Shown: piece after piece, positions 53,831-64,000 of the stretch
Position numbering within the stretch: the stretch's first letter is position 1
Layout of the letters: each line of letters begins with the position of its first letter
Origin: Haliotis cracherodii
Taxonomy: Eukaryota
NCBI RefSeq assembly: GCF_022045235.1
Contig: NW_027266267.1
Coordinates: 23,746,001 to 23,810,000 of the forward strand
Direction: 5' to 3'
Length of the DNA stretch: 64,000 nt
Position numbers and translations under genes: made by a program
Notes under the pieces: generated by a model
What the model saw: the letters and a program-made list of their open reading frames with translations, nothing else
Database searches by the model: none
Told to the model about the DNA's origin: nothing

Positions 53831-54689
53831 CTTGTTGTGATAAAAATAAAATCCATAACGAAATTATTGGCAATTGTAGCATCTCAGCGAAAAAGGGATG
53901 TACATATCCACCTTGATCTTGCAATACCATGCTTTAAGTGAATCTGGGATTTTAGGAAATCCAAGCGAGAAAAGATATGTTGGTTAAAACAACTTCATTT
54001 TGTCTTTTGGTAGAAAGCGATTCACCGATGTCACACCTTGTCCCTTCAGTTAAATTACAAATTCATCCCCAGTCATATCTGCCAGAAATCTTCCTCTATC
54101 TCTGACGATTCCATTACTATTATTTAAAGGCACTCTAGGCAAATATAACGATGTTCGAGGAAAACAAAGTTCCATGTCATTTAGACCTGTGAAGATTCCG
54201 GGGTAGAATAGTTCTTCAGCAACCCATGCTTGCCGTAAAAGGCGACTTTGCTTGTCGTAAAAGGCGACTAACGGGATCGGGTGGCCAGGTTCGCTGATTT
54301 GGTTGATGCATGTCATCGATACCAATTGCGTGGATCGATGCTCATGATATGAATCACTGACTTCCAGAATTGATTGTCTACAGACAGCAGGAATATTGCT
54401 GAATGAGGCGTTAAGCAACAAATCAACCAACCAACACAGCACCACACACAAACAGTGAGTCATGGGTACAATGTGTGAAGTCCATTTCTGGTGTCCCCCC
54501 TTGAGATATTGTTCGAACATTGCTATAAGCAGCGTAACACCAAACTCATTTACTCATCACACTCATCTGTCTGATTTGTCTGTGTTGTCTCTGACAATCA
54601 CCGACTCTAAAGGACTCAAGTCCCAGGCCTGATACGCGTCAAACAGGTCCATCTCACAATCCGACACGAAGTGCCTGGTCAGCAAGCTC

Positions 54690-54922
54690 ACCGTGGTGGC
54701 AATAAGGGTCTAAAACAAGGACAGGTCGGCTCGGAGTCAGTATACTGTGTCTGAGTGGGGTATTCATGTTAAACTGCGGCATGGTATCTCAGTGGGCTAG
54801 CACTATAAATCGGCATCATTCCGGCCTTGTTCAAGCAGCCACACACACACGTGCATGCACGTCGCTATATAAGTGCAGTAATTTTGGACGCGACGTTAAA
54901 CCCAATTTCACCTCACCTCACC
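54690..54922 (+). mobile_element. Probable SINE 3' body (family D)
   Basis: Ends cgacgttaaacccaatttcacctcacctcacc, like the other SINE tails; only one copy in the window. Confidence 0.4.
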
Positions 54923-55181
54923 ATGGTGTCGGTACATCTGCATTACAGCCCCTAGATACTGCAAACAAGACTGAAATTGTTTGCATTCCACTTCTGTCAC
55001 TTCCATAATTTCATTTATCAGCTGTTTACCTTTTTGTTTCAATTTTATAATAGCTCTTTCAATGGTCGTTTGGGCATCCACTTTTGCTCATGTCTTACCT
55101 TTCTTAATTCCCAAAGTATTTTGCTTTGTTTTCCTAATGTTTTCCGCCTATTTTCTTTACCATCATATATCTTTTCTTTGT

Positions 55182-55329
55182 TGGGTCGGTCAGTTAGCCT
55201 GGTGTTTTAAGCGTTGGCTCGTCACGCCGAAGACCCGGATTCGATTCCCGACATGGGTACAATGTGTGGAGCCCATTCCTGGTGTCCCCCGCCGTGATAT
55301 TGCTCGAATATTGCTAAAAGCGGCGTAAA
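55182..55329 (+). mobile_element. SINE family A (3' fragment also at ~54461-54560)
   Basis: Homology to 5768-5936. Confidence 0.8.
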
Positions 55330-55373
55330 GCTGTCCAAAATCTGGTCTAGTTTGGATGTGTACAGTGACACAT

Positions 55374-56069
55374 TTCCTGAAGAATGTGTGATAGCACCTC
55401 AGTGTACACGGTTATTTTTACAATTCCTGGGAGATCACACAGGTGAGGAATTCCTGAAGAATGTGTGATGGCACCTCAGTGTACACGGTTATTTTTACAA
55501 ATCCTGGGAGATCACACAGGTGAGGGATTCCTGAAGAATGTGTGATGGCACCTCAGTGTACACGGTTATTTTTACAAATCCTGGGAGATCACACAGGTGA
55601 GGGATTCCTGAAGAATGTGTGATGGCACCTCAGTGTACACGGTTATTTTTACAATTCCTGGGAGATCAAACAGTTGAGGAATTCCTGAAGAATGTGTGAT
55701 GGCCCCTCAGTGTACACGGTTATTTTTACAATTCCTGGGAGATCAAACAGTTGAGGAATTCCTGAAGAATGTGTGATGGCCCCTCAGTGTACACGGTTAT
55801 TTTTACAATTCCTGGGAGATCAAACAGTTGAGGAATTCCTGAAGAATGTGTGATGGCCCCTCAGTGTACACGGTTATTTTTACAATTCCTGGGAGATCAC
55901 ACAGGTGACGGATTCCTGAAGAATGTGTGATGGCACCTCAGTGTACACGGTTATTTTTACAATTCCTGGGAGATCAAACAGTTGAGGAATTCCTGAAGAA
56001 TGTGTGATGGCCCCTCAGTGTACACGGTTATTTTTACAATTCCTGGGAGATCACACAGGTGATGAATTC
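55374..56069 (+). repeat. Minisatellite, 9 x 77 bp
   Basis: Units start at 55374, 55451, 55528 ... 55990 with an exact 77-bp period. Confidence 0.97.
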
Positions 56070-57134
56070 TCGTACTTTCTTGGCTGCCCGGTAATATGCA
56101 GAAGCTAGATTAGGTCCTGACTTTGTGTGCTGGCGATTAGGTGCCTCACTCTGGCAGTGTGGGTTCGAATCCCAGATGGGACTCATCCCAAAAAGGTACG
56201 AGAATCTGTACTTTACTAACAAAGTGTTTTCCCAAATATAACATTTGTTACATTTGACCACTTTCTGAATGTCATTGTGTGCTCACTGCTTGTTGTGGGA
56301 TAGTCCAAGGGAGGTTGATTGATGGAATTCACTACACAAATATAATGTATTAATTTGCTGATCTGAGGCAATATTTCTGGGATCAGATAACTGGTACCTA
56401 AGTTCTTGAATTGAGGACAGAAATTTCTATGGTGACACAGTCGGGTTTGCAGTTGCTTTAGATTGTGTTAAACTGATTCATTTTGCCAGAATTAAGCTTC
56501 CTATGAAAATTTTATCATACACATTATTTGACATATCACACAAAGACTTGATATTATTGTCAATATTTATGACAACACCATTATTCTAAAATAAATAATT
56601 ATGGGAATTTTCAGAAAGAAAGAAATTTAGAATGATTTTCATTATTCTTTAAGAATGTGTAAATCGTATTGGTAGTAATGTGTTTTCTTGTTAAGACTCG
56701 ACCCGTGAATATCCGCGGTAGAATTGGTCTTCAGTAAACCATGTTTGGCGTAAAATGCGACTATGCTTGTCTTAAAAGGCGACTAACGGGATCGAGTGAC
56801 AACCAATCCATTTCGGTGACTGATTCAAAAATGTTGTTAAAGTACAGAGAAACATGTTTAACTATCCAGACTGGATATTTACATGAATTTAAAGGGCCTT
56901 GTGGTGTCCAGGTATATTTGACTTTGATTAAAGCTTGATTCATTGAAATGTTTCCATTCATTGAAATGAACCTTTTTTGTTCATAACGTATTTCTTTTAA
57001 ACATCCTTTGTGTTATTTTCACGTTCGGGTGCGATTGACGATAATCACTTTGATTAGTTTGTTGTGTTCTCTTGTACGATAAAAAGGTTTTCAGAATTTG
57101 ATAGATCAACTGGAACTGTACTGTTCTAATTGTA

Positions 57135-57350
57135 ACCTCAAAGTGAACACTGAGAAAAACGAAAGTGTTAGTTTTCAAAAAGGGAAATAAACTATCAAGT
57201 AAGGAAAAATGGTTCTTCAACTCACAACCGTTACAAATTGTCACTTCTTATAAATATCTGGGGGTAACCTTTACAGGCAGATTATCGTGGAATTACCACA
57301 CCAGTAATGCAGCAATACAGGCAAAAAAGATACTACACTTTTAAAAGTAT
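57135..57350 (+). mobile_element. LINE RT C-terminal fragment (RTE-X/L2-like), left of the Tc1 piece
   Basis: Hand translation with one frameshift: VNTEKTKVLVFKKG...EKWFFNSQPLQIVTSYKYLGVTFT. Confidence 0.65.
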
Positions 57351-57528
57351 TCCCATATATGATATACAACGGACAAATGTATCAGAGAAGGTAATTTTTA
57401 ATCCTTAATGGCTAAAGAAGGATTTTAATTAACGGTGGTAACCATAATTTGTTCCAAACACCTACGGTTTTCGGTAATAACATCAACAGTCATAAGTCCT
57501 AAGCACGAGAATCTGATGGCACACAAGT

Positions 57529-58240
57529 TCAGTAGCGTGTATGGCGACCATGTGCGTTGACAGCTGCCACACATCGCGTCCGCATGGACCTTGTGATGCT
57601 TGTGAACACATGATTGGGAAGACGACGCCATTGTTGCTGCAAAATGGTGCCAAGATCTTGCAAATTCTGTGGTTGGTTCTGGAGAGTGCGCAGACTTCTG
57701 CCAAGAGCATCCCAGACGTGGTCGATGGGATTGAGGTCCGGAGACCTTGACGGCCACTCCATGACGTTGACTACTTGTCAAAATTGCTGTGTTGGGGTCT
57801 GTCATTGACCTGTTGGAAGATCAAACCGGGTCCATGTGCTGCTATAAAAGGCAGAAGTTCTGGTGCCAGTACCTGATTTCGGTAAGCAGCACCGTTGAGG
57901 TTGCCACGGATGACAGGAAGCCTGGAACGTGCATTGCCACAGAAAGCACCCCTCAACATGACACTTCCGCCTCGCAATCTGTCAACTTCCTGTACATAAC
58001 ACTTGGCGTAACGTTCATGACGGCGCCTCCACACCCTCGCCCTACCATCAGCAAATCGAAGATTAAATCGGGATTCATCACTGAAGACGACTGAAGAGTC
58101 CATCGTAAGTGTCGCTGTGCCCACAATTGACGTTGACGTCTGTGTAATTGAGTCAGAATCGGCCCGCAGTATGGCCGTCGTGCTTGAAGGTGAGCAGTTC
58201 TCAGACGGTTTCGAACAGTTTGCGCACTTAGGAATACAGA
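57529..58240 (-). pseudogene. Tc1/mariner transposase pseudogene (HTH end + DDE domain)
   Basis: SAQTVRNRL, VFSDESRF, FQQVN (cf. QQDN), WPSRSPDLNPID spread over three frames. Confidence 0.9.
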
Positions 58241-58730
58241 ACTATTGAACTGGTCCATCTATATGCTTGTAAACGATTCCTTGGCGTAAAAAATTCTACA
58301 TCGAGTGTTATGGTATGTGGTCAATGTGGACGTGTAGCACTTTACATATTTCAACATATTCGAATTCTCAAGTATTGGCTCAAGATTCTTAAAATGCCTA
58401 TTTTTAGATTACCTAGAAAATGTTGCAAAATGATGTTATTGTATAGAAAACATGGAATCCGCAATTGGGTATATGATGTAAAGTCGTTATTAAATGATTG
58501 CGGTTATAGGTATGTTTAGCATAGTCAATGTTTACCAAACAATCCAGATTCATTTTTAGTATCTTTACGCCAAAGACTTAAGGATATATACTTACAAATG
58601 TTTTAAGTTCAGAAAAATGCAATTATTACCGGCTTTTTAAGACAACAATTTCCCCAGAATACTATTTGTTTGACGTCAACTTTAAAAGGTTTAGAATAAG
58701 TTTAGCACAATTTAGATACAGCTTTCATAG
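58240..58730 (+). mobile_element. LINE ORF2 C-terminal fragment (RTE-X-like), right of the Tc1 piece
   Basis: CKRFLGV...GQCGRVALYI...ILKYWLKILKMP..RLP...NWVYDVKSLL..GY. Confidence 0.6.
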
Positions 58731-58789
58731 ACTTAGGATCGCAGTAGGCAGGCAGTAGGCAGGCATAGCCAGAGAATTGAGAATATGTG

Positions 58790-59720
58790 AAGCCAAAAAC
58801 AACTTGATCTTGGACTTGCAGCACCAAGGATATCCAGATGGAGAAATGTCAAAAGATTACTTTTTAACCAGATAGGCCTATGCGCCACAGCCTTCTGGCA
58901 CTGACATCTTGGTAAATTTTGCATTTAAGAAGTGGAGTTAAAATAAATAAACATGAATAATCAAACATTTCCATTTTACATATACTCTTCCAAGTCAAAT
59001 AGTGATAGAACAAGAAGAGTAAGGTGTCCATAGCATGACCAGCCAATTGATAGGTCGGGGCCTATCCTAACAACAATCTAGGCAGAATAAGGGTCACAGG
59101 GGTGTATTGCGTATAGGGACCAGTACCTCAACTACCAGAATCCCATCCAAACTGTAGAAACTTAGGTTAATCTTTCGTTGAATGGCAATACTCTTCACTG
59201 GATGAGTTCACCAGTTAACGATCATAACGATCGCATTGCCCTCGGTATCCAAAAGTATGTCACTGGTCATATTGCCTCAGGTGTCACAATGGCTCTAGTA
59301 TCCTGATGTCTGATACTGGAGATATTTCCTCACGTATCCCAATATCTCATCTTTCTAAGGTGTCACAACTCTGATTCACACCCTTTAAAGCGTAAAGAAG
59401 AGTCATCAGAAAGATGACATATCCGGCAGATGTCTGTAAAGTCACTACAAAAAAATGTGCAACATCTCAGCTTTCTAAGGTGTCACATCTCTGAGTCGTC
59501 AGAAAAGTAAAATATCCGGCAGCTATTCTGAGTCAAGAGTTGAATGTTCTTGAAGAAGCATACATTTGTCCCCCCAAAAGAGTCCTTGTCCAACTGGTTT
59601 CATTAAAGATTTGTAAAAATATAAATTTTATAGATTTTATAGAATATAAATATTACAAAATAGCTAAAGGCACCACTTCAGCATGTGACTGATACATCTT
59701 TCAAGTTTCGATCAAATATA
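58790..59720 (+). repeat. Diverged solo copy of the array's intergenic segment, without the GTPase gene
   Basis: Homologous to ~14440-15545. Confidence 0.85.
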
Positions 59721-60369
59721 TTTTGAAGAAATTATATTGATCTGCCTTGTTATGTACATCCTCCTCTACAAAAAATTATAACGATCATGTCAACAACTGA
59801 TAAAGATAGTCAATCTATCAATGTTCATTTATCATGCTATGTTGATTAGAATATGACCTGTTAAACGGATCTGTAACCACTCCCGAAAACAGAATTGTAC
59901 TATGGGCCCGAGGCCTTTCAGTATGGAATAAAACTTATCCTGCCTATCCTAGTTTGGTGTACAGAGCTAGCACGAGTTACTTCCCTTTGCCCATGTCATG
60001 TGAACATCGGCAAGCTGAAGCGTGTTGTAAATACAAAGAAATTATTAAAAGAATTGTAAAGATTAGCCAACTGCGTTGGTGCCGGGTGCGGGGGTTGGGT
60101 GGGGGTGGGGTGGGGGTGTGGGGGTGGGGGGCGGAGAGGGGTTCTCGCTGTAAGCCAGCAGCCATTGTTTAATATTCGGGAGCAGTCATATTTTATTAAA
60201 AGCATCCATATAATGACAAAGCTGACTCCTTGAGTCGGGTATCGGTAATCCTGAAAATTAAACCTGTAGGTTTTTAATCGTGTTCACCAAACGCCATAGA
60301 GCACCAATAAATCAGTTTTGATTTAACCCTTTTTCACTCTTCTGTGAACAATTTTCGCACGTAACACCT

Positions 60370-60371
<2 letters not shown>

Positions 60372-60416
<45 letters not shown>

Positions 60417-60443
60417 GTTGTTGTTGTTGTTGTTGTTGTTGTT
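60372..60443. repeat. Compound microsatellite (ATT)n(GTT)n
   Basis: Direct reading. Confidence 0.95.
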
Positions 60444-61654
60444 ATTTACAGATTAAAATAATAAAATGCAGCAAAGAGGGTTTGGGTGATACTGGCACAG
60501 TCCGACTGGTTAGGCTCATCATCAGCTTAGGGCCCTTGACCCCTCTACACGCAGCCCAGACATCGAATGGGACTTCTCCCAGGAAGCGCTGCCAAGTCAA
60601 ACCCAACTTTTCGGAGAATGTGAAGACTCCCCAACACTGCAACCTTCTGCATTACCCAGATGGTCAGACAGGCTGTATTTCTGGTAGCAAATCCGGGTAC
60701 TCTCCAAATGTCAGTCAACAGATTGGGAGGTACCAAAACCTTAAGCACCGAGAACAATGGGGAGTCTGACAACTTGGTACATGGGATGCAAGCGTGACAT
60801 TTCTAAAGCGAAAGTTATATAGCTGGAATATTGCTGAGTGCGGCGTTAAACAACAAATAAAGAAACAAACAGACAAAATATTCCTCTGAAGGAGAGTTAC
60901 AGTAATACACACGCGTTAAAATGTTCATGTTTCGTTGTTATCGTGCGCCAGGCATAACTTCTGAAATGTATGGATGGCAGTTCGACCAAAAGGCTCAGTC
61001 GACAAAACTCAGCTGTATAGTCTGTCTTACAGACCCTGATACAAATATATATCAAATACAGCCCATGCAAGTCTATAATGTTTGACAAGTTCAGATTACT
61101 GCTATATCATGAAAATGAAGAGTCTCTGGGGTCCTTTTTAATATATTATTATTAAGATAATTGAACAACTGTTTTTTTCTGTACGATATGTTCATTTCAG
61201 AGATTGGATGTTAGTCTACCAGCTAACAGGGAGGACAGAGGTTAGACTAACATTTAGCCTATGAAATCTTATATTACACAATACCCTTCTTGACTCTGAA
61301 AATGCTTTTGTATACGTTTCTAGAGTGTGTTTTTTCCATAAAATAAATATATTCCACAGTCATGGTGCAGGACCAGACAAAGGTCGGCTTCCTCGAATAG
61401 AGCTCCACACTGGGATAGAGCACCACATGTCGTCCCTCAAATCCTCTGTCGCCCTCCATTCATTAAGAATTCTGTTGCCCCCAACACTGACGTCAACTCG
61501 CCCAGGCTTAAAAAGGTTGTCACTACCGGTTAATACAAACGATATTGAATGCGTGACCTGGTTTTGCGACTGTTTGTGAGAGGGGAGGTTTCGATGGGCT
61601 TTTCCGCTATTGCTATTTCAACATTCTCGCCTGGCGCTGGCGAGCTATTTTTAG

Positions 61655-61740
61655 CCTGACGTCACACAGGTAAGACTTTCCTTAACCAATCAGAACGCGC
61701 GGCTCCTGTCCGTCGCTTAGCGCATCGCGCAGACACTTCG
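61655..61740. promoter_or_regulatory. Possible promoter-like CpG-rich patch
   Basis: TGACGTCA at 61658 and AACCAATCAG at ~61684, followed by CG-rich sequence; no gene identified. Confidence 0.25.
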
Positions 61741-62088
61741 TTTCCTCCAAATCATCGGACAATGGATAATACCCAAATCAGCTGAATCAGGACAAACACT
61801 GATCGTCTCCGGTTCTGTGAGTGGGATACCTAAGATTTAATATACCGAAGGTAACGCTTAGTTCGATAATGTCACTGTTATTGTCCTGCGTTTTAGGTAG
61901 GGAGTTCATGACCTTTGTTAAAGGCCTTGCGCTTGCGGACAATTCGGAATGTCTTTATATAGTTGATCGTTATCTACACATGGTATGACGAACTGTTTAC
62001 CATCAGTTTTATTACAGGCTTAGCTACTGCACAGCATACGCCGTTGTAGCCATTGGTCGTGTAGGGAAATCCTTTACAGGCGCTTGCT

Positions 62089-62367
62089 GGGGGCACGGGT
62101 GGCCCAGTCGTCTGAAGCGCCGCGATTCGCTGTGCAGAATTGCGTCTCTTGGGCACGCCAGAGACCTTTGATTGTGGGTTCGAATCCCGGTTCGCCCTGA
62201 TTATGTTTCTAGGTTTGTCAGCACCATACCCGTGCTCGTGCGTTTCACCGACGTGGTAAACGTCTGAGACCTGCATCACTTCGGGCTTTCCTTTTCCACA
62301 TTAATCTGACACGCCGCGATATAACTGGAATACTGTTAAAAGCGGCGTTAAACCCAACTCACTCACT
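62089..62367 (+). mobile_element. tRNA-derived SINE family B
   Basis: GGTTCGAATCC B box; (ACTC)n tail. Confidence 0.8.
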
Positions 62368-62507
62368 AGATGCGCTCACTGCAGGCATTTACGTTGGCCT
62401 GAACGTATTACATACTAACTATACGTGTCACACAAGTTATCCATGTACGTGACAGTATTACATCGTGACATGTACAGGCTGTATCAGGCATATTTACATG
62501 AAACTGA

Positions 62508-62770
62508 GACCCGTGAAGATCCGGGGTAAAATAGGTCTTCAGCAACCCATGCTTGCCGTAAAAGACGACTTTGCTTGTTGTAAGCGGCGACTAACGGGAT
62601 CGGGTGGTCAGGCTCGCTGACTTGGTTGATGCATGTTATCGTATCCCAATTGCGTAGATCTATGCTCATGATGTCGATCACTGGATTGTCTGGCTCAGAC
62701 TCGATTATTTACATCCTCTGTTCATATGGGTGGAGTATTGCTGAGTGCGGCGTTAAACAACAAACAAACA
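62508..62770 (+). mobile_element. SINE family C (non-tRNA head gacccgtgaagatccgggg..., (CAAA)n tail). Copies: 54184-54433 (+), 56700-56820 (+, partial), 50090-50352 and 50447-50540 (-); decayed at ~39290-39480 and ~48890-49082
   Basis: Mutual homology of dispersed copies; shared ggcgttaaa + microsatellite tail. Confidence 0.75.
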
Positions 62771-63087
62771 GTGACTCACAGTGGTGACGATACATGCCAA
62801 GTCAGACACCTGTTAATTAAGCAAATACTTGTGACATTGACCTGCTATATAAGACACCTGGTACACCTGGATATACTCCTCAGTGTTGACATTTCCTTTA
62901 TGTCGCGTGTATGTCACGTGTGTGTCACGTGTATACATATTGTATTAACATCTTCTCTGGACTTTCAGCATTTTGTGCTCCAGTATACAACCCTTACGTA
63001 GTACCTATAATACATATATTCATAATTGATTGAAAAAATAATGCCTGATACCCAAAATATAGCATTCCTCCATGAAAGTCAGTCGTA

Positions 63088-63450
63088 AAGGCGGTCGGGT
63101 AGCCTAGTGGTTAAACCCGGGTTCGATTCCAGACATGGGTACAATGTGTGGAGCCCATTTCTGCTGTCCCCCGCAGTGATATTGCTGGAATATTGCTAAA
63201 AGCGGCGTAAAAACATACTCACTCTACAAAATTAATGCGGACCGCCTCCGTGGTCTAGTGGATAGAGTGTCTGCCCGGAGATCGGAAGGCGGCGGTTAGG
63301 TAGCCTAGTGGCTAAAGCGTTCTCTCGTCACGCCGAAGACCCGGGTTCGATTCCCAACATGGGTACAATGTGTGAAGCCCATTTTTAGTGTTCCCCGCCG
63401 TGATATTGCTGGAATATTGCTTATAACGATATAAAATCATACTCACTCAC
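63088..63450 (+). mobile_element. Two SINE family A copies (63088-63225 internally deleted; 63289-63450) around a short different tRNA-like head (~63240-63290)
   Basis: A/B boxes and shared tail. Confidence 0.8.
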
Positions 63451-63650
63451 AGTCTTCAATTTGTTAACCACGATTGCAGTATCTAAATCTCGAGAGACGC
63501 CGATACATACAGTGACATAATTACATAATTACATAATTACATAATTAGTATGGTAAGTTTAAATCACACATCCGTGATAAATTCAGCCTGAAAGTTTTAG
63601 ATTTCTTAACAAGATTGGTGTAGTATATTGTTCATGTTTCCTGTATATGT

Positions 63651-63929
63651 GGGGGCACGGGTGACCCAGTCGTCTAAAGTGCCGTGATTCGCTGTGCAGA
63701 GTTGCGTCCCTTGGGCACACCAGAAACCTATGATCGTGGGTTCGAATCCCGGTTCGCCCCGATTATGTTTCTAAGTTTGTCAGCACCATACCCGTGCCCG
63801 TGGGTTTCACCAAAGTGGTAAACGCCTGAGACCTTCATCACTTCGGTCTTTCCACACTTTATTTGACACGCTGGGATATAACTGGAATACTGTTTAAAGC
63901 GGCGTTAAATCCAACTCACTCACTCACTC
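63651..63929 (+). mobile_element. tRNA-derived SINE family B
   Basis: GGTTCGAATCC B box; (ACTC)n tail. Confidence 0.8.
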
Positions 63930-64000
63930 CTGTGTATATTATTGTAGAACTGTTATCAAGCACAAAATGTTCACACCATGATACAATACACCACCATGAA

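Noticed and set aside
55374-56069. CRISPR-like periodic array
   Set aside because: No unique spacers, whole units repeat, no cas genes, eukaryotic context
56100-56230. tRNA-like segment with GGTTCGAATCC
   Set aside because: B box only, single copy here and no convincing fold; probably a repeat fragment that I cannot classify
60450-60772. Possible exon (balanced composition, ttacag acceptor-like site)
   Set aside because: No frame gave a recognisable protein; unsupported without homology or RNA data
61274-61579. Possible coding exon near the promoter-like patch
   Set aside because: Short ORFs on both strands without recognisable motifs

Overview
This is eukaryotic, repeat-rich animal DNA. 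The SINE, LINE and microsatellite types look molluscan, possibly gastropod or abalone-like (inference only). The first ~50 kb is a nested tandem array with 8 copies (7 intact, 1 deleted) of an intronless, atypical Ras-superfamily GTPase gene. The protein has intact G1/G4/G5 motifs, degenerate switch I/II, no CAAX and a polybasic tail. The array comprises two ~14.3-14.8 kb dimeric repeats, each with an internal ~0.9 kb triplication, followed by two ~9.5 kb dimeric repeats. The units also carry tRNA-type SINEs, a decayed I/Nimb-like LINE 5' part and, in alternate units, a 1.56 kb Crypton-like tyrosine-recombinase (DUF3504-type) element with a spliceosomal intron. The most striking observation is the end architecture of that element. 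One end is a ~165-nt strand-specific hairpin with a GCGAAGC loop and tandem GA:GA mismatches. The inner flank of the hairpin is complementary to the joined right+left ends, which suggests recombination from a folded single-stranded circle. A second, non-coding element shows the same design. The last 14 kb holds decayed LINEs, a Tc1 pseudogene, SINEs, a 77-bp minisatellite and microsatellites. All coordinates were read by eye and may be off by a few bases.
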